From NCBI GenBank assembly GCA_019313385.1, contig JAFDBG010000003.1:1-51306 (forward strand): 51,306 nucleotides of DNA, written 5' to 3'. The notes under the pieces were generated by a model, which searched no databases, had not been told where the DNA came from, and was given only the letters and a program-made list of their open reading frames with translations. Position 1 is the first letter of the stretch; the number at the start of each line of letters is the position of its first letter. Position numbers and translations under genes: made by a program. Shown here in pieces: positions 35,101 through 44,682 of the stretch. This DNA comes from Deltaproteobacteria bacterium. GTDB taxonomy: Bacteria; Desulfobacterota; Syntrophia; Syntrophales; UBA2210.

Positions 35101-36232
35101 TGCTTGGTCTTAATCTCCTGTACACGTCTACGATACCATCCTCTTCTGTCTCGATTTTATCTATGAGCATGGTGTTCCTGATATAGGAATTCGTTCCCTC
35201 CTCATCAAGTTGAATAAATCTGACCTCCGTAATGTTTTTTTCGCGCAGCAATTCTATACCATCTGCGTCCAGTTCATCGGCACATTTCAGAAGAACATCG
35301 CCGGTCTCAGGATCCACTACGTCTGAAGCAAGCACCTTACCCAGGATATAATCCTGGCTTACATCCATAAGCTCCACACCCGCATCAGTCATTTTTTTCA
35401 AAAAAGCCTTTGAAATCTTTCTTCCCTTCTTCAGTAACACCTCCCCGGTTTTATTATCCTTAATGTCTTCCGGCACCCTCTCGCCAATGAGGCTGTCCTC
35501 TACCATCAAAGACACTCCACTGTCATTAAAGACAACCTTTTCAACATTATAGAAGTACTCCATCAACTCTTCAGCGGAGTATCCCATGGCTCTGAGGAGT
35601 ACCGTAACCGGCATTTTTCTTCTTCTGTCTATTCTGGCATAGAGAATATCCTTCGGATCAAACTCAAGATCAAGCCAGGAACCCCTTATGGGTATAATTC
35701 TCGCCGAATATATAAGCTTCCCACTCACATGGGTCTTTCCCTTGTCGTGGTCAAAGAATATGCCCGGCGACCGATGTAATTGACTTACGATTACCCGCTC
35801 AGTACCATTGACATTAAAGGTGCCCTTCTCGGTCATCAACGGGATCTCGCCAAAATATATCTCCTGCTCTTTTATATCCCTTACAGTTACAGCTACAGGC
35901 TTCTGTTCGCCACCCCGTCCATTATCGAACACAACAAGCCTGATTACAACCCTCAGAGGGGCATTATAGGTCATCCCCCTCTGCGTACATTCCCTGACGT
36001 CATACCTGGGATTTCCTATTTTATAACTGACAAATTCCAGGGAGCATTTCCCCCCGAAGTCCACAATGGGAAAGACGCTTTTAAAGGCCCCCTGCAGCCC
36101 GGAGTTTTCCCTGTCTTCAGGTTTTACATCGGCCTGGAGAAATTTTTCATAAGACCTTGTCTGAATTTCTATGAGATCAGGTATCTCAATTACCTTCTTT
36201 ATACGGCCGAACTTCTTTCTATAAGTACCCAT
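32138..36232 (-). CDS. rpoB: RNA polymerase beta subunit
   Basis: [47 protein letters not shown]. Confidence 0.99.
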   Translation of the reverse strand: MGTYRKKFGRIKKVIEIPDLIEIQTRSYEKFLQADVKPEDRENSGLQGAFKSVFPIVDFGGKCSLEFVSYKIGNPRYDVRECTQRGMTYNAPLRVVIRLVVFDNGRGGEQKPVAVTVRDIKEQEIYFGEIPLMTEKGTFNVNGTERVIVSQLHRSPGIFFDHDKGKTHVSGKLIYSARIIPIRGSWLDLEFDPKDILYARIDRRRKMPVTVLLRAMGYSAEELMEYFYNVEKVVFNDSGVSLMVEDSLIGERVPEDIKDNKTGEVLLKKGRKISKAFLKKMTDAGVELMDVSQDYILGKVLASDVVDPETGDVLLKCADELDADGIELLREKNITEVRFIQLDEEGTNSYIRNTMLIDKIETEEDGIVDVYRRLRPSNPPSFETARRFFNSLFFNSDSYDLSDVGRVKMNYKLRMDVPSDVTVLRREDIMEAVKYLINLKNGMADYSVDDIDHLGNRRVRSVGELIENQYRIGLVRMERAIKEKMSLLDIETMMPHDLINAKPVTAVVNEFFGSSQLSQFMDQTNPLSEITHKRRLSALGPGGLTRERAGFEVRDVHNTHYGRVCPVETPEGPNIGLIVSLSAYAWVNDFGFIETPYRVVEGGKVLDRIQYLTATEEEDYIIAQANVPFDSTGRFTQEFITARKSGNYVTVGPGEINLMDVSPDQLVSVAAGLIPFLEHDDANRALMGSNMQRQAVPLLKPEAPLVGTGMGAVVARDSGAVVVAKESGIVEDVDAARIVIKRDTEDGDELDIGVDIYSLIKYQRSNQNTCFNHKPIVDKGRRVKKGDIIADGPATDNGELALGRNIMVAFMPWGGYNYEDSILLSERIVKDDIYTSVHIEEFETVARDTKLGKEEITRDIPNVGEDALRNLDGSGIVRIGVSVKAGDVLVGKVTPKGETQLSPEEKLLRAIFGEKAGDVRDTSLRIPPGVEGVVIDAKIFTRKGTEKDSRSQEIEDEEVGSLLKDRDDEIRIITHNVKKKISELFAGKISASRLVDQDGRKTFLKKSETITKNALDLIPFRFWKDITIDDYKAEEKVRSALDSLAKRIESIETFFAEKIATVKTSDELLPGVIKLVKVYIAIKRKLSVGDKMSGRHGNKGVLGRILPEEDMPFFKDGTPVDIVLNPLGVPSRMNVGQILETHLGWAAKGLGEKLQALADGVDMGVVKKELKGLYSSSEFDDFVDGATEDEVKKFIRKLEVGVPLATPVFDGARESEIRDMLKAADLPETGQTTLFDGRTGEPFDQKVTVGMIYMLKLHHLVDDKIHARSIGPYSLVTQQPLGGKAQFGGQRLGEMEVWAIEAYGAAHMLQEFLTVKSDDVVGRTRMYEAIVKGEHTLEPGLPESFNVLVKELQGLAINVELIES

Positions 36233-36261
36233 ATTGATCCTTATAATAGTTTATCTTTCAT

Positions 36262-36320
36262 AAATAGAGAAGCCAGAATAGAAAAAAATCTCTGTAATTT
36301 CTTTCTGACCTCTGGCTTCT
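36262..36320 (-). terminator. Putative attenuator/terminator hairpin between rplL and rpoB
   Basis: Perfect 10-bp inverted repeat agaagccaga (36268-36277) / tctggcttct (36311-36320), followed by ctattt on the minus strand. Confidence 0.55.
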
Positions 36321-36371
36321 GGACCCATAATTTTGAATCCCTTTTTAGCTTTTAGTAACCGCTTACGATGT

Positions 36372-36758
36372 TTATTTAATTTCTACACTTGCGCCCACTG
36401 CTTCCAGCTTGGCTTTTATCTCTTCAGCCTCGTCCTTTGATACTCCCTCTTTAACCGCTTTGGGGGCAGCTTCAACCAAGTCTTTGGCCTCTTTAAGGCC
36501 CAACCCCGTTACAGCCCTGGCAACCTTGATGACCTGGATCTTCTGATCGCCAAAACCCGTGAGTATAACATCAAACTCAGTTTTTTCCTCCGTTGGGGCT
36601 GCTGCGGCCGGTCCGGCTGCTACTGCGGCCACCGGGGCTGCTGCGGAAACACCAAGTTTTTCTTCCAGTTCTTTAACCATTTCCGACAGTTCGAGAACCG
36701 TCATATCTTCGATAAAACTTATAACATCGTCTTTCGTGATTTTTTTTGCTGTTGTCAT
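36372..36758 (-). CDS. rplL: 50S ribosomal protein L7/L12
   Basis: [22 protein letters not shown]; Ala-rich hinge. Confidence 0.99.
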   Translation of the reverse strand: MTTAKKITKDDVISFIEDMTVLELSEMVKELEEKLGVSAAAPVAAVAAGPAAAAPTEEKTEFDVILTGFGDQKIQVIKVARAVTGLGLKEAKDLVEAAPKAVKEGVSKDEAEEIKAKLEAVGASVEIK

Positions 36759-36784
36759 TTTTTGCTACATCCTTTCCTGTATGT

Positions 36785-37306
36785 TTAATTTTCCTCTTTT
36801 TTCACTCTATGTGCCTCAAGCACCTGCACAAGCCCCTTGGGAACAGCGCTCAAAACCGTGACAAACTGGGTCTGTACTCCGACCAGGACAGAGAGGAATT
36901 TCCCCAGAAGGACATCCCTGCTCGGCAATTCGGCCAGGGCTTTTATCTGCTCCCTGCTTAAAAGCCTGCCATCCAGCACACCCGCTTCGATCTCAAGCCG
37001 GTCATTCTTTTTGGCAAATTCAACAAGTATCCTGCTCGGCTCAACCACATCTCCAAAGTTCATCATGAGCGCCCTGGGACCTTTGAGATGGTCCTTCAGC
37101 AGAGTAAACTCCGTGTCCTTCAAAGCGATACTTAAAAGATTATTCTTTACCACCTTAAGTTCACTGTCTGCCTTGCGCAACTCATTTCTCAGGTCGGTGA
37201 TATCCTTAACCTTGATGCCGCTGTAACCCGCAAGAATTGCCAGATTTACATCCTTAAGCTTCTTATGAAGCTCGGCAACAACACGTTCCTTAGTACTCCT
37301 ATTCAA
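36785..37306 (-). CDS. rplJ: 50S ribosomal protein L10
   Basis: LR..LR, VVKN.L, LAELPSR; TTG start at 37306 follows AGGAGG. Confidence 0.96.
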   Translation of the reverse strand: MNRSTKERVVAELHKKLKDVNLAILAGYSGIKVKDITDLRNELRKADSELKVVKNNLLSIALKDTEFTLLKDHLKGPRALMMNFGDVVEPSRILVEFAKKNDRLEIEAGVLDGRLLSREQIKALAELPSRDVLLGKFLSVLVGVQTQFVTVLSAVPKGLVQVLEAHRVKKEEN

Positions 37307-37422
37307 TACGTGGCCTCCTTTCAATGCTTGAATTTCAAAACACCCTGTCGTCCGGAGACGATCAAGATTCTCTGAAAGCCAGACCGCTATACAGGAAAAG
37401 ATACTGATCAAACTTCCTCATA

Positions 37423-37476
37423 GTCTCGGCAGGCCGACCTAGTGCTCGCTTAAACATTCCGTACCTGCTGTCTCTG
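37423..37476 (-). promoter_or_regulatory. Ribosomal protein L10 leader (autogenous control RNA)
   Basis: Minus strand GAGACAGCAGG...TTAA...CCTGCCGAGAC between rplA and rplJ matches the L10-leader kink-turn-like pattern. Confidence 0.75.
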
Positions 37477-37492
37477 ACTTCTTGTTCGTTTT

Positions 37493-38203
37493 TTATCCAG
37501 CCTTTAATATATTTCTTACATCCAAGGGATCTATTTTAACTCCCGGGCCCATGGTAGCAGAGAGAGAGATGGCTTTTAGATACGTCCCTTTGCTGGATGC
37601 AGGCTTCAGCTTCATTATGGATTCCACCAACGCTATGATGTTTTCCATCAATTTGTCCGCCCCGAATGAGACCTTCCCCACAGGGCTGTGAATAATTCCC
37701 GCTTTTTCCACCCTGAACTCAACCTTGCCTGCCTTAAGTTCTTCGACCGCGTTTTTTACGTCAAACGTTACAGTCCCAACCTTGGGGTTGGGCATCAAAC
37801 CACGCGGTCCCAGAATCTTGCCTATTTTCCCAACACTGCCCATCATATCCGGGGTGGCAACAACCCTGTCAAACTCCAACCATCCGCCCTTAATCTTTTC
37901 AATAAGATCGTCCGAACCGACGAAGTCCGCTCCGGCGTCAAGGGCTTCTCTCTCCTTGTCTCCTTTTGCGAAAGCAAGCACCCTCACGGACTTGCCGAGG
38001 CCATTGGGGAGAACCACACTCCCCCTTATCATCTGGTCTGCGTGCTTGGGATTTACACCCAGTTTAATGGCAACATCGGCAGTCTCGTCGAATTTCGCTC
38101 TTGCGGTCTCTACCGCAAGAGCTACGGCCTCTCCCAGGGAATAACGTTTCCCAGACTCCACCTTTTTTCTTTCTTCCAAGTATCCCTTACCTATATTAGA
38201 CAT
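37493..38203 (-). CDS. rplA: 50S ribosomal protein L1
   Basis: [27 protein letters not shown]. Confidence 0.99.
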   Translation of the reverse strand: MSNIGKGYLEERKKVESGKRYSLGEAVALAVETARAKFDETADVAIKLGVNPKHADQMIRGSVVLPNGLGKSVRVLAFAKGDKEREALDAGADFVGSDDLIEKIKGGWLEFDRVVATPDMMGSVGKIGKILGPRGLMPNPKVGTVTFDVKNAVEELKAGKVEFRVEKAGIIHSPVGKVSFGADKLMENIIALVESIMKLKPASSKGTYLKAISLSATMGPGVKIDPLDVRNILKAG

Positions 38204-38226
38204 CTCAATAAAACCCCGAAGTAGAT

Positions 38227-38652
38227 TTATTTGGCAACCTCAATACCCATGGACATTGCAGTCCCCGCCACGGTAGCCATAGCTCCGTCCATATCTACGG
38301 CATTCAAATCCTCATATTTTATCTCAGCTATTTCCCTTAATTGCCCAAGGGTTACTGTCCCCACCTTTTCTCTCTTGGGATCCCCTGCACCCTTCGCAAT
38401 CTTTGCCGCCTGTTTTAACAAAACGGATGTTGGCGGCGTTTTGGTAATAAAGGTAAATGATTTATCGGCATACACGGTTATCACAACCGGTATTATCATA
38501 CCTTCCTGATGCTGCGTAAGCGCATTATAGGCCTTACAAAATTCCATTATATTAACCCCGTGCTGACCCAGAGCAGGACCAATAGGCGGCGACGGCGTGG
38601 CTTTGCCGGCCTTAACCTGAAGCTTGATGCTAGCGATAACCTTCTTAGCCAT
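38227..38652 (-). CDS. rplK: 50S ribosomal protein L11
   Basis: [26 protein letters not shown]. Confidence 0.99.
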   Translation of the reverse strand: MAKKVIASIKLQVKAGKATPSPPIGPALGQHGVNIMEFCKAYNALTQHQEGMIIPVVITVYADKSFTFITKTPPTSVLLKQAAKIAKGAGDPKREKVGTVTLGQLREIAEIKYEDLNAVDMDGAMATVAGTAMSMGIEVAK

Positions 38653-38701
38653 TAGATTCCCCTTTACTTATTTCCTTTTTCGAAATTCTCTTACGGTTTT
38701 T

Positions 38702-39232
38702 CTAGCTTTGGACAACCTGTATAAAATCCAGTTCCACAGGTGTTGATCTGCCAAAGATACTCACTATAACTCTCAATTTACCCTTTTCCGGCTTGACCTC
38801 ATCAACCACCCCGTCAAAATTTGCAAAGGGACCATCGACAATCCTCACATGATCTCCAAACTCAAACTTAAACTTCGGGCTGGGCTTTAAGGTACCCTCA
38901 TCTATCCTAGTCTTCAGTAGTTGGACAGATTCATCAGATATAGGCGACGGTCTGTCCCTCATTCCTATAAAACCAGTAACCTTGGGAGTGTCTTTAACTA
39001 TATGCCACGTATCATCGTTCAACTCCATATTTACAAGTATATACCCGGGGAAAAACTTTCTCTTCGAGGTTTTCTTCTCGCCTTTTTTGAGTTCAACCAC
39101 ATCCTCCTCCGGTATCAGTATGTCAGCAAAACAATCCTGCATACCAGAAATAGACACTCTCTCCTCCAGAGAATGCTTCACCCTGTTTTCAAAACCCGAG
39201 TACGTATGAACAACATACCAATTGAAAGCCAT
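38702..39232 (-). CDS. nusG: Transcription termination/antitermination factor NusG
   Basis: WYVVHTYSG.E, FPGYILV, KOW GPF..F.G, IFGRSTPVEL. Confidence 0.99.
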   Translation of the reverse strand: MAFNWYVVHTYSGFENRVKHSLEERVSISGMQDCFADILIPEEDVVELKKGEKKTSKRKFFPGYILVNMELNDDTWHIVKDTPKVTGFIGMRDRPSPISDESVQLLKTRIDEGTLKPSPKFKFEFGDHVRIVDGPFANFDGVVDEVKPEKGKLRVIVSIFGRSTPVELDFIQVVQS

Positions 39233-39236
39233 ACTT

Positions 39237-39440
39237 TTAACCCAAAACCAATCTTATTATTCTGGTAAGGCCGAGATCTACTATGCCTAAGAATAGAGAT
39301 ACTATCATAACCACAACTATCACGACAGAGGTCGAGGCAAGTGCCTCCTTCGGGGTTGGCCATGTCACCCTCTTCAGCTCAACCTTTGCCTCCCTCAAAA
39401 AGCGTCCTATCCTGCTTATAATTAATTTAATCTTTACCAT
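39237..39440 (-). CDS. secE: Preprotein translocase SecE
   Basis: FLRE...ELKRVTWP plus a single TM helix; start at 39440 (the longer ORF runs into tRNA-Trp). Confidence 0.95.
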   Translation of the reverse strand: MVKIKLIISRIGRFLREAKVELKRVTWPTPKEALASTSVVIVVVMIVSLFLGIVDLGLTRIIRLVLG

Positions 39441-39467
39441 CAGATGACAATCCCAGCAAAAACATAA

Positions 39468-39544
39468 TGGCAGGCCAGGAGGGACTCGAACCCCCAACAC
39501 CCGGATTTGGAGTCCGGTGCTCTAGCCATTAGAGCTACTGGCCC
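39468..39544 (-). tRNA. tRNA-Trp (CCA)
   Basis: Cloverleaf; anticodon arm ccgga-ctCCAaa-tccgg; GTTCGAG T-loop; encoded 3' CCA. Confidence 0.97.
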
Positions 39545-39669
39545 GTTCCAAACAATATACCCTTATTTTGAGATCCTGGTAAGTCCACAAAGGGACATCC
39601 CTAAATCACAGCACCAACACCACTGAAAAACTCCGCCACCCGGTATATCATGAGACACAAACGGACATT

Positions 39670-39819
39670 TTATTTCGTCTCTTTGTGCACTGTATGACAC
39701 CGGCAGAATTTGCAATATTTCTTCATCTCAAGACGACTTTTAGTAATTCGCTTGTTCTTTGTCGTAGTGTAATTTCTCTGTTTGCACTCACCACATGCAA
39801 GAATAACAATATCTCTCAT
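39670..39819 (-). CDS. rpmG: 50S ribosomal protein L33 (Zn-ribbon type; not in the ORF track)
   Basis: Manual translation: [49 protein letters not shown]. Confidence 0.97.
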   Translation of the reverse strand: MRDIVILACGECKQRNYTTTKNKRITKSRLEMKKYCKFCRCHTVHKETK

Positions 39820-39844
39820 TTCAATAAGCCTGCTTTCACCAAAA

Positions 39845-39920
39845 TGGAGCCCACGACCAGGATTGAACTGGTGACCTCATCCTTACCAAGGATGTGCTCT
39901 ACCGACTGAGCTACGTGGGC
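39845..39920 (-). tRNA. tRNA-Thr (GGT)
   Basis: Anticodon arm catcc-ttGGTaa-ggatg; 3' CCA. Confidence 0.97.
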
Positions 39921-39961
39921 CAACAAAACTCCTCTTCCACACCCTGATAAATCAAAAAAAA

Positions 39962-40037
39962 TGGAGCGGGAAACGGGATTCGAACCCGCGACCCTCAGCT
40001 TGGAAGGCTGACGCTCTAGCCACTGAGCTACTCCCGC
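39962..40037 (-). tRNA. tRNA-Gly (TCC)
   Basis: Anticodon arm tcagc-ctTCCaa-gctga; 3' CCA. Confidence 0.97.
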
Positions 40038-40065
40038 CTCCTGTAAACTCAAATTCACAAAAATA

Positions 40066-40150
40066 TGGTGGAGGGGGGAGGATTTGAACCTCCGTAGGCT
40101 TCGCCGGCAGATTTACAGTCTGCTCCCTTTGACCACTCGGGAACCCCTCC
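40066..40150 (-). tRNA. tRNA-Tyr (GTA)
   Basis: Anticodon arm gcaga-ctGTAaa-tctgc; long variable arm; 3' CCA. Confidence 0.97.
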
Positions 40151-40168
40151 ACACTAATCAACAGTAAC

Positions 40169-40244
40169 TGGAGCTGGCGATGGGACTCGAACCCGCGACC
40201 TGCTGATTACAAATCAGCTGCTCTACCAATTGAGCTACGCCAGC
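40169..40244 (-). tRNA. tRNA-Thr (TGT)
   Basis: Anticodon arm gctga-ttTGTaa-tcagc; 3' CCA. Confidence 0.97.
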
Positions 40245-40324
40245 AAGTGTTAACTTATGTATATTACAAAGAATTATCCAACACACCCCAACCTCGTTCC
40301 TGTCTCGTTGAGTGTAAGAGTGGG

Positions 40325-40353
40325 AGACTAATTCTAAAAGATGTATTTGTCAA
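40325..40353 (-). promoter_or_regulatory. Sigma70-type promoter of the tRNA/ribosomal superoperon
   Basis: Minus strand TTGACA-17 nt-TAGTCT with an A-rich upstream tract. Confidence 0.75.
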
Positions 40354-40549
40354 GAGTTTTTTATCAGATATCACTGCAATACGATTATATCGTCTCTTGT
40401 CTGAGCAAGATAAACGGAATGCAGTTACTAATAAATAGTGGGGCAACTTGAGTCTCTCAACTCCTGCATCCCAGTACCCCTGACAAAGGATACCGGTAAA
40501 TTTTACACATCTGGGTAATTTCAGAAAGTCCTTTCCCGTGGCGGGTCGA

Positions 40550-41329
40550 TCAGGTGAATTCGCGGACGGGGACACCTTCTTTCGAGAGATATTCCTTTAT
40601 CTGAGCCACCGTGTAGCGCTGGTAATGGACCATTGAAGCGATGAGAGCCGCGCTGGAGTCCGATGTTCTGAACAGATCTCTCAGGTGTTCAGGCGTACCC
40701 GCCCCCCCGGATGCGATTACCGGTATGGAAACAACGCTGGATATAAGGGATGTCAGAACAAGTTCGTATCCAGCGTTCGTGCCATCCGCGTCAATTGAAT
40801 TGAGACATATCTCGCCGGCACCCAGATCAACAGCTCTTTTTGCCCACGCTACGGCATCGATACCCACCGGCGTCCTGCCGCCATTTATGTATATCTCATA
40901 CCCGGAAGGCATGGCCGGAGTTTTATTCACCCTCTTTACATCCATTCCCAGTACTATGCACTGGTTGCCAAATGTCCTGGCACCACTGTAAATAAGATCG
41001 GGGTTCTGTACTGCGGCGGTATTGATACTGATTTTTTCAGCCCCGGCATTCAGCACCCTGTGCATGTCATCCAGACAGCGGATGCCGCCTCCCACCGAAA
41101 AGGGTATGAATATCTTCTTCGCCACATCTTCGACCACATCTATAATAATATCCCTTTTGTCGGATGAAGCTGTAATGTCATAGAAGACAAGTTCATCCAC
41201 ACCCTGCCTGTAATATTCCTCAGCCATGGCAACCGGGTCGCCTATGTCTATATTACCTTTGAATTTGACGCCCTTGGTAGTTTTACCTTCTCTTACATCC
41301 AGGCAGATGATGATCCTTTTACTCAACAT
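40550..41329 (-). CDS. hisF: Imidazole glycerol phosphate synthase cyclase subunit
   Basis: KRII.CLDV..G...[44 protein letters not shown]. Confidence 0.97.
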   Translation of the reverse strand: MLSKRIIICLDVREGKTTKGVKFKGNIDIGDPVAMAEEYYRQGVDELVFYDITASSDKRDIIIDVVEDVAKKIFIPFSVGGGIRCLDDMHRVLNAGAEKISINTAAVQNPDLIYSGARTFGNQCIVLGMDVKRVNKTPAMPSGYEIYINGGRTPVGIDAVAWAKRAVDLGAGEICLNSIDADGTNAGYELVLTSLISSVVSIPVIASGGAGTPEHLRDLFRTSDSSAALIASMVHYQRYTVAQIKEYLSKEGVPVREFT

Positions 41330-41331
41330 AT

Positions 41332-41943
41332 TTATACTCTGCCGTCCCAGTTGCAAAAATTTTCCAGCATCTTCAAGCCGTTTCGGCCGCTCTTTTCGAG
41401 GTGGAATTGTGTGGCTACGACATTATCATGGCCTATTACGCATGCAAAAGAGTCCCCATAGTCCGTCGTTGCTATGATATCCTCTTCCTGCTCGGGCGCG
41501 GGATAGTATGAGTGGACAAAATAGAATTGAGCCCTCCTATCCACCCCTTCGAGCAGAGGGTGCCTGCGAGCAACGGATATGTCGTTCCACCCCATATGCG
41601 GAACCTTGATCCCTTTGTCCGGAAATCTTCTGGTTGTACCGGGGATTATGTTCAGGCATGGGGTGTTATCCTCTTCACTTCTCCCCAATATAACCTGCGC
41701 ACCCAGACATATTCCGAGAAACGGCTTCTTCTGCGCGATAACCTCGCGAATCACACCGTCAAGGTTCTCGCGTCTAATAACTTCCATTGCCTTCCCTGCG
41801 GCGCCGACACCCGGAAATATAACCCTTTCGGATGAAAGGATCTCTTTATGCTGATTAGTAATCCTGCAGGTCACACCGATATGTTCCAACGCCCTTGCAA
41901 CCGACGTAAGATTTCCGGCCCCGTAGTCGATAATGGAAGCCAT
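41332..41943 (-). CDS. hisH: Imidazole glycerol phosphate synthase glutaminase subunit
   Basis: [42 protein letters not shown]; start uncertain (41943 or 41985). Confidence 0.95.
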   Translation of the reverse strand: MASIIDYGAGNLTSVARALEHIGVTCRITNQHKEILSSERVIFPGVGAAGKAMEVIRRENLDGVIREVIAQKKPFLGICLGAQVILGRSEEDNTPCLNIIPGTTRRFPDKGIKVPHMGWNDISVARRHPLLEGVDRRAQFYFVHSYYPAPEQEEDIIATTDYGDSFACVIGHDNVVATQFHLEKSGRNGLKMLENFCNWDGRV

Positions 41944-42103
41944 CCCGTTCTTTGCTGTTTCGTTTGAGTAAGCTGCGCTTGTCATTTTCCGAGTCCCTGT
42001 CGTCCGGCAAAAGAGTGTCCCAAACCGCCCCCTGCCTGTGCAGCCGAGATAATCACGGAGGTTGCATAATGTCAACATACTTTTTCTCCATGAGTAATAT
42101 CTC

Positions 42104-42277
42104 TTGACAAGATATCATAATGGAGTTAGTGCTTTAACGTATTCTATTTGAGCGTGAACTCATCATGTGTGCCTCTGAACAGCTATAATCCCCGGAGGGG
42201 GGGGATTATGGTCTGATCGCCATACAGCCCTGTTTCTCAAAGTGAGAGAGAGGGCTGTTGTTTTTGTGATAGGGCAC
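42104..42277 (+). promoter_or_regulatory. Promoter plus structured 5' leader with a terminator-like hairpin upstream of the SCP2/M24 operon
   Basis: TTGACA at 42104; hairpin gctataatcccc/ggggattatggt (42182-42212); hairpin acagccct..tttctca/tgagaga..agggctgt (42224-42258) followed by tgtttttg. Confidence 0.55.
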
Positions 42278-42312
42278 TTAACGGTAGACAATACACAGCA
42301 GGAGGAATCACC

Positions 42313-42714
42313 ATGGCAGATAAACACGTGTACCTGAGCCAGTCATGGCGCGATGACGCGCTCAAAAGGCTCCAGACCGAACTCACACCGGAGAAGATGA
42401 ATCATGTCACGACATCGATGTCCAACATCTATAAGAACTGTCCCGACGGGGAGGAACACTTTCTCTTTATCGAATGCGATGATGGAAAAGTAACCCGTGT
42501 GGAAACAGGGACCGGCGAGCCTCCCCAGGGGGTATTCAGAATCATCGGGAGCTATGAAACCTTTGCCAGAATTTCCCGCGCGGAACTTGGCGCCCAAAAG
42601 GCCCTGATGACCGGGAAACTAAAACTCAAAGGCAATCTGGCCAAGGCGCTCCGACTCGCGGCCGTCTCCGACCGTCTGAATAAAGTCCTGGCTCAGATAC
42701 CAACTCAGTATTGA
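42313..42714 (+). CDS. SCP2 sterol/lipid-binding domain protein
   Basis: YLS..W, CPDG, G.YETF, KALMTGKLKLKGNL typical of SCP2; GGAGG RBS. Confidence 0.85.
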   Translation: MADKHVYLSQSWRDDALKRLQTELTPEKMNHVTTSMSNIYKNCPDGEEHFLFIECDDGKVTRVETGTGEPPQGVFRIIGSYETFARISRAELGAQKALMTGKLKLKGNLAKALRLAAVSDRLNKVLAQIPTQY

Positions 42715-42727
42715 AGGGAGATACAAG

Positions 42728-43951
42728 ATGCCCAGAATATTAGACCCCAATGACAAGTATTACATAGACAATCCGGGACGTGTTCAGGCGATACAGGCCG
42801 AAATGCACAAACGCGGCATTGACGTCTATCTCGGTTCGCGCATCCGTACCATGAGTTTCGTCATGGATGCCTTCTGCCCGTGGCGAAGTTATCTGATCAT
42901 CCCGCCGGAAGGACAGCCCACCTATTTTACCTTTGTGGTTGACTCAATGCGTGTGGCCGACGAGACATGGCTGGACGAAGACAATGTCCGCGCCTATGGC
43001 CCGATGGGAGGCATGGATCAGACCTCCGCGATAACCGATTTTATCAAAGAAGAACTCGGGATCACAAAGGGACGCATCGGCTATGAGGACGGGGTTTCCA
43101 CGTGGACGGCCGAAGGCAATCTTTCCCATTGGGAATACACCCATTTTAAAGACGCCCTCCCCGGTTTTGAATGGATCAACGCGCACGACATTATCGATGG
43201 CCTTTCGATCATCAAAGACAAAGGGACCATTGAACGGTTCCGCACCGCATCGCTGATTGTCGACGAAGGACACAAGGCGGCGCGGGCGGCGCTCGAAAAC
43301 GGCGGCTACAAAGGAATGACAGAAACCGTGATCGCCGGTATCGCCGCGCTGGCAATGCGCAAAGCGGGGAGCGTGTCGGAGTGGAACTTCGCGGGACTTA
43401 ATGAAATATCCAGTGGCTACCGCACGGGGCTTGGCGCCTGTACGCCTCCTACAACCAAAGAGATACAGGCAGGCGACCCGCTGATGCTTGATTTTCACTC
43501 CATGTTTAAACTGGCCCTGGGCGACCATTCGCATAATTATCTGATCGGGCCGGTAACAAAACGTCAGCGCTGGCACGCGGACAACTTTGTCGCGATTATT
43601 CAGACCGTGCTTGACAACTATCGTGCCGGCACAACGCCCGGAACGCTTGCCGCCATCATGATGGATTTCGCCGAATCGCGCGGCTGCGGCGATTTTATCC
43701 AGCCGGCCTGTGAACACGGGATCGGTCTTTTCGGCGACGAGTGGCGGATAGGGGCCGTTGTCAATCCCGACCTGCCGTACTGGACCGATCAGGATCATGT
43801 CTATGCGGAAAATGAAATGGTCGTCTGCGCCATGCAGTATGCCGCGCCGGAAGAGAATATCGGGTTCCGCTATGAAAATGATATTGTGATCGTCAAAGGC
43901 GGTTGTGAGGTATTATCCAAATATCCGCTCGGTATTGAAGAGATTTCCTAG
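42728..43951 (+). CDS. M24 family (Xaa-Pro aminopeptidase/creatinase-like) hydrolase
   Basis: Creatinase-N-like N-terminus, IKD..IE, GMTE, D..GD, HGIGL, GFRYEND. Confidence 0.8.
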   Translation: MPRILDPNDKYYIDNPGRVQAIQAEMHKRGIDVYLGSRIRTMSFVMDAFCPWRSYLIIPPEGQPTYFTFVVDSMRVADETWLDEDNVRAYGPMGGMDQTSAITDFIKEELGITKGRIGYEDGVSTWTAEGNLSHWEYTHFKDALPGFEWINAHDIIDGLSIIKDKGTIERFRTASLIVDEGHKAARAALENGGYKGMTETVIAGIAALAMRKAGSVSEWNFAGLNEISSGYRTGLGACTPPTTKEIQAGDPLMLDFHSMFKLALGDHSHNYLIGPVTKRQRWHADNFVAIIQTVLDNYRAGTTPGTLAAIMMDFAESRGCGDFIQPACEHGIGLFGDEWRIGAVVNPDLPYWTDQDHVYAENEMVVCAMQYAAPEENIGFRYENDIVIVKGGCEVLSKYPLGIEEIS

Positions 43952-44682
43952 GGCAAATACAGTGGTCTTTTCTTGGACTTGTTATTCATGCTCAGCAGAT
44001 CGATCTTTGCGTCTTGCCATGCAATACTTTCTCGGGCCTTAGAAACGTTTCTGTGGTGACAATTTCTAAGCTTTCCCCCTGACCCGCAGGGACATCCTTC
44101 ATGTCCCTGCGGATTATTCTTGCGCGCCAGGAGTTGAATAAATTTAACGATATATGGCTCATTCGGTAGCTGTAATATTTCGGAGTAAAATTCCAAAACG
44201 CCTTCCCCATAATGTGACCGCTGCCCCCAAGGCGGTGCTTGTCCATGTGAATCATAATACGCCTGCCATACAAGAAACGGAGAAATGATGTCATTGAGGA
44301 AAGGCACAATTCTTGGGTTGGGGCGCCATTTTTGACTTATCTCTGCGGTAACCCCTAAACATGCACTTCCATCACTCATTATATGGCGGTCAATGTTTCC
44401 AATAGGCAGTTTCTTGTCATTGCAAAACATTATTGGAACTATTCTCGGATAATTATCCGGCAGCACAATTGCAATTCGATAATCGAGATAGCGTTGTGAG
44501 TCGAGTATAGACAGGCGATGAATACCACTCACAATCGCAGCTTCTGTTTTGAGGGTAAAAATCCTGTTTATTCGGGTACCCGTCGGAACGATTTCCATTT
44601 TAAGAAAGGGATAATTGTCGGCGAGAGAATCCCTTTCCTCGACAAATAATCGTTTATTTGATTCATACCATTTCGCAGGCAT
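43948..44682 (-). CDS. Prokaryotic E2 (UBC-like) domain + SEC-C Zn-binding motif; CBASS ancillary (short Cap2-like) protein
   Basis: LPDNYP..P, RHIMSDGSACLG (H100/C108), CPCGSG.KLRNCH (197-209); start overlaps the CD-NTase stop (TAATG). Confidence 0.8.
   Translation of the reverse strand: MPAKWYESNKRLFVEERDSLADNYPFLKMEIVPTGTRINRIFTLKTEAAIVSGIHRLSILDSQRYLDYRIAIVLPDNYPRIVPIMFCNDKKLPIGNIDRHIMSDGSACLGVTAEISQKWRPNPRIVPFLNDIISPFLVWQAYYDSHGQAPPWGQRSHYGEGVLEFYSEILQLPNEPYIVKFIQLLARKNNPQGHEGCPCGSGGKLRNCHHRNVSKARESIAWQDAKIDLLSMNNKSKKRPLYLP

Noticed and set aside
39816-40161. ORFs 39816-40058 and 39952-40161
   Set aside because: They are translations of tRNA genes.
39468-40244. tRNA cluster as the integration site of the defence island
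   Set aside because: No integrase or duplicated tRNA 3' end is seen in the window, and hisFH plus SCP2/M24 lie between the tRNAs and the island.
42154-42216. Possible 20-aa leader peptide (VNSSCVPLNSYNPRRGGIMV) in the SCP2 leader
   Set aside because: No RBS and no run of regulatory codons; not supportable.
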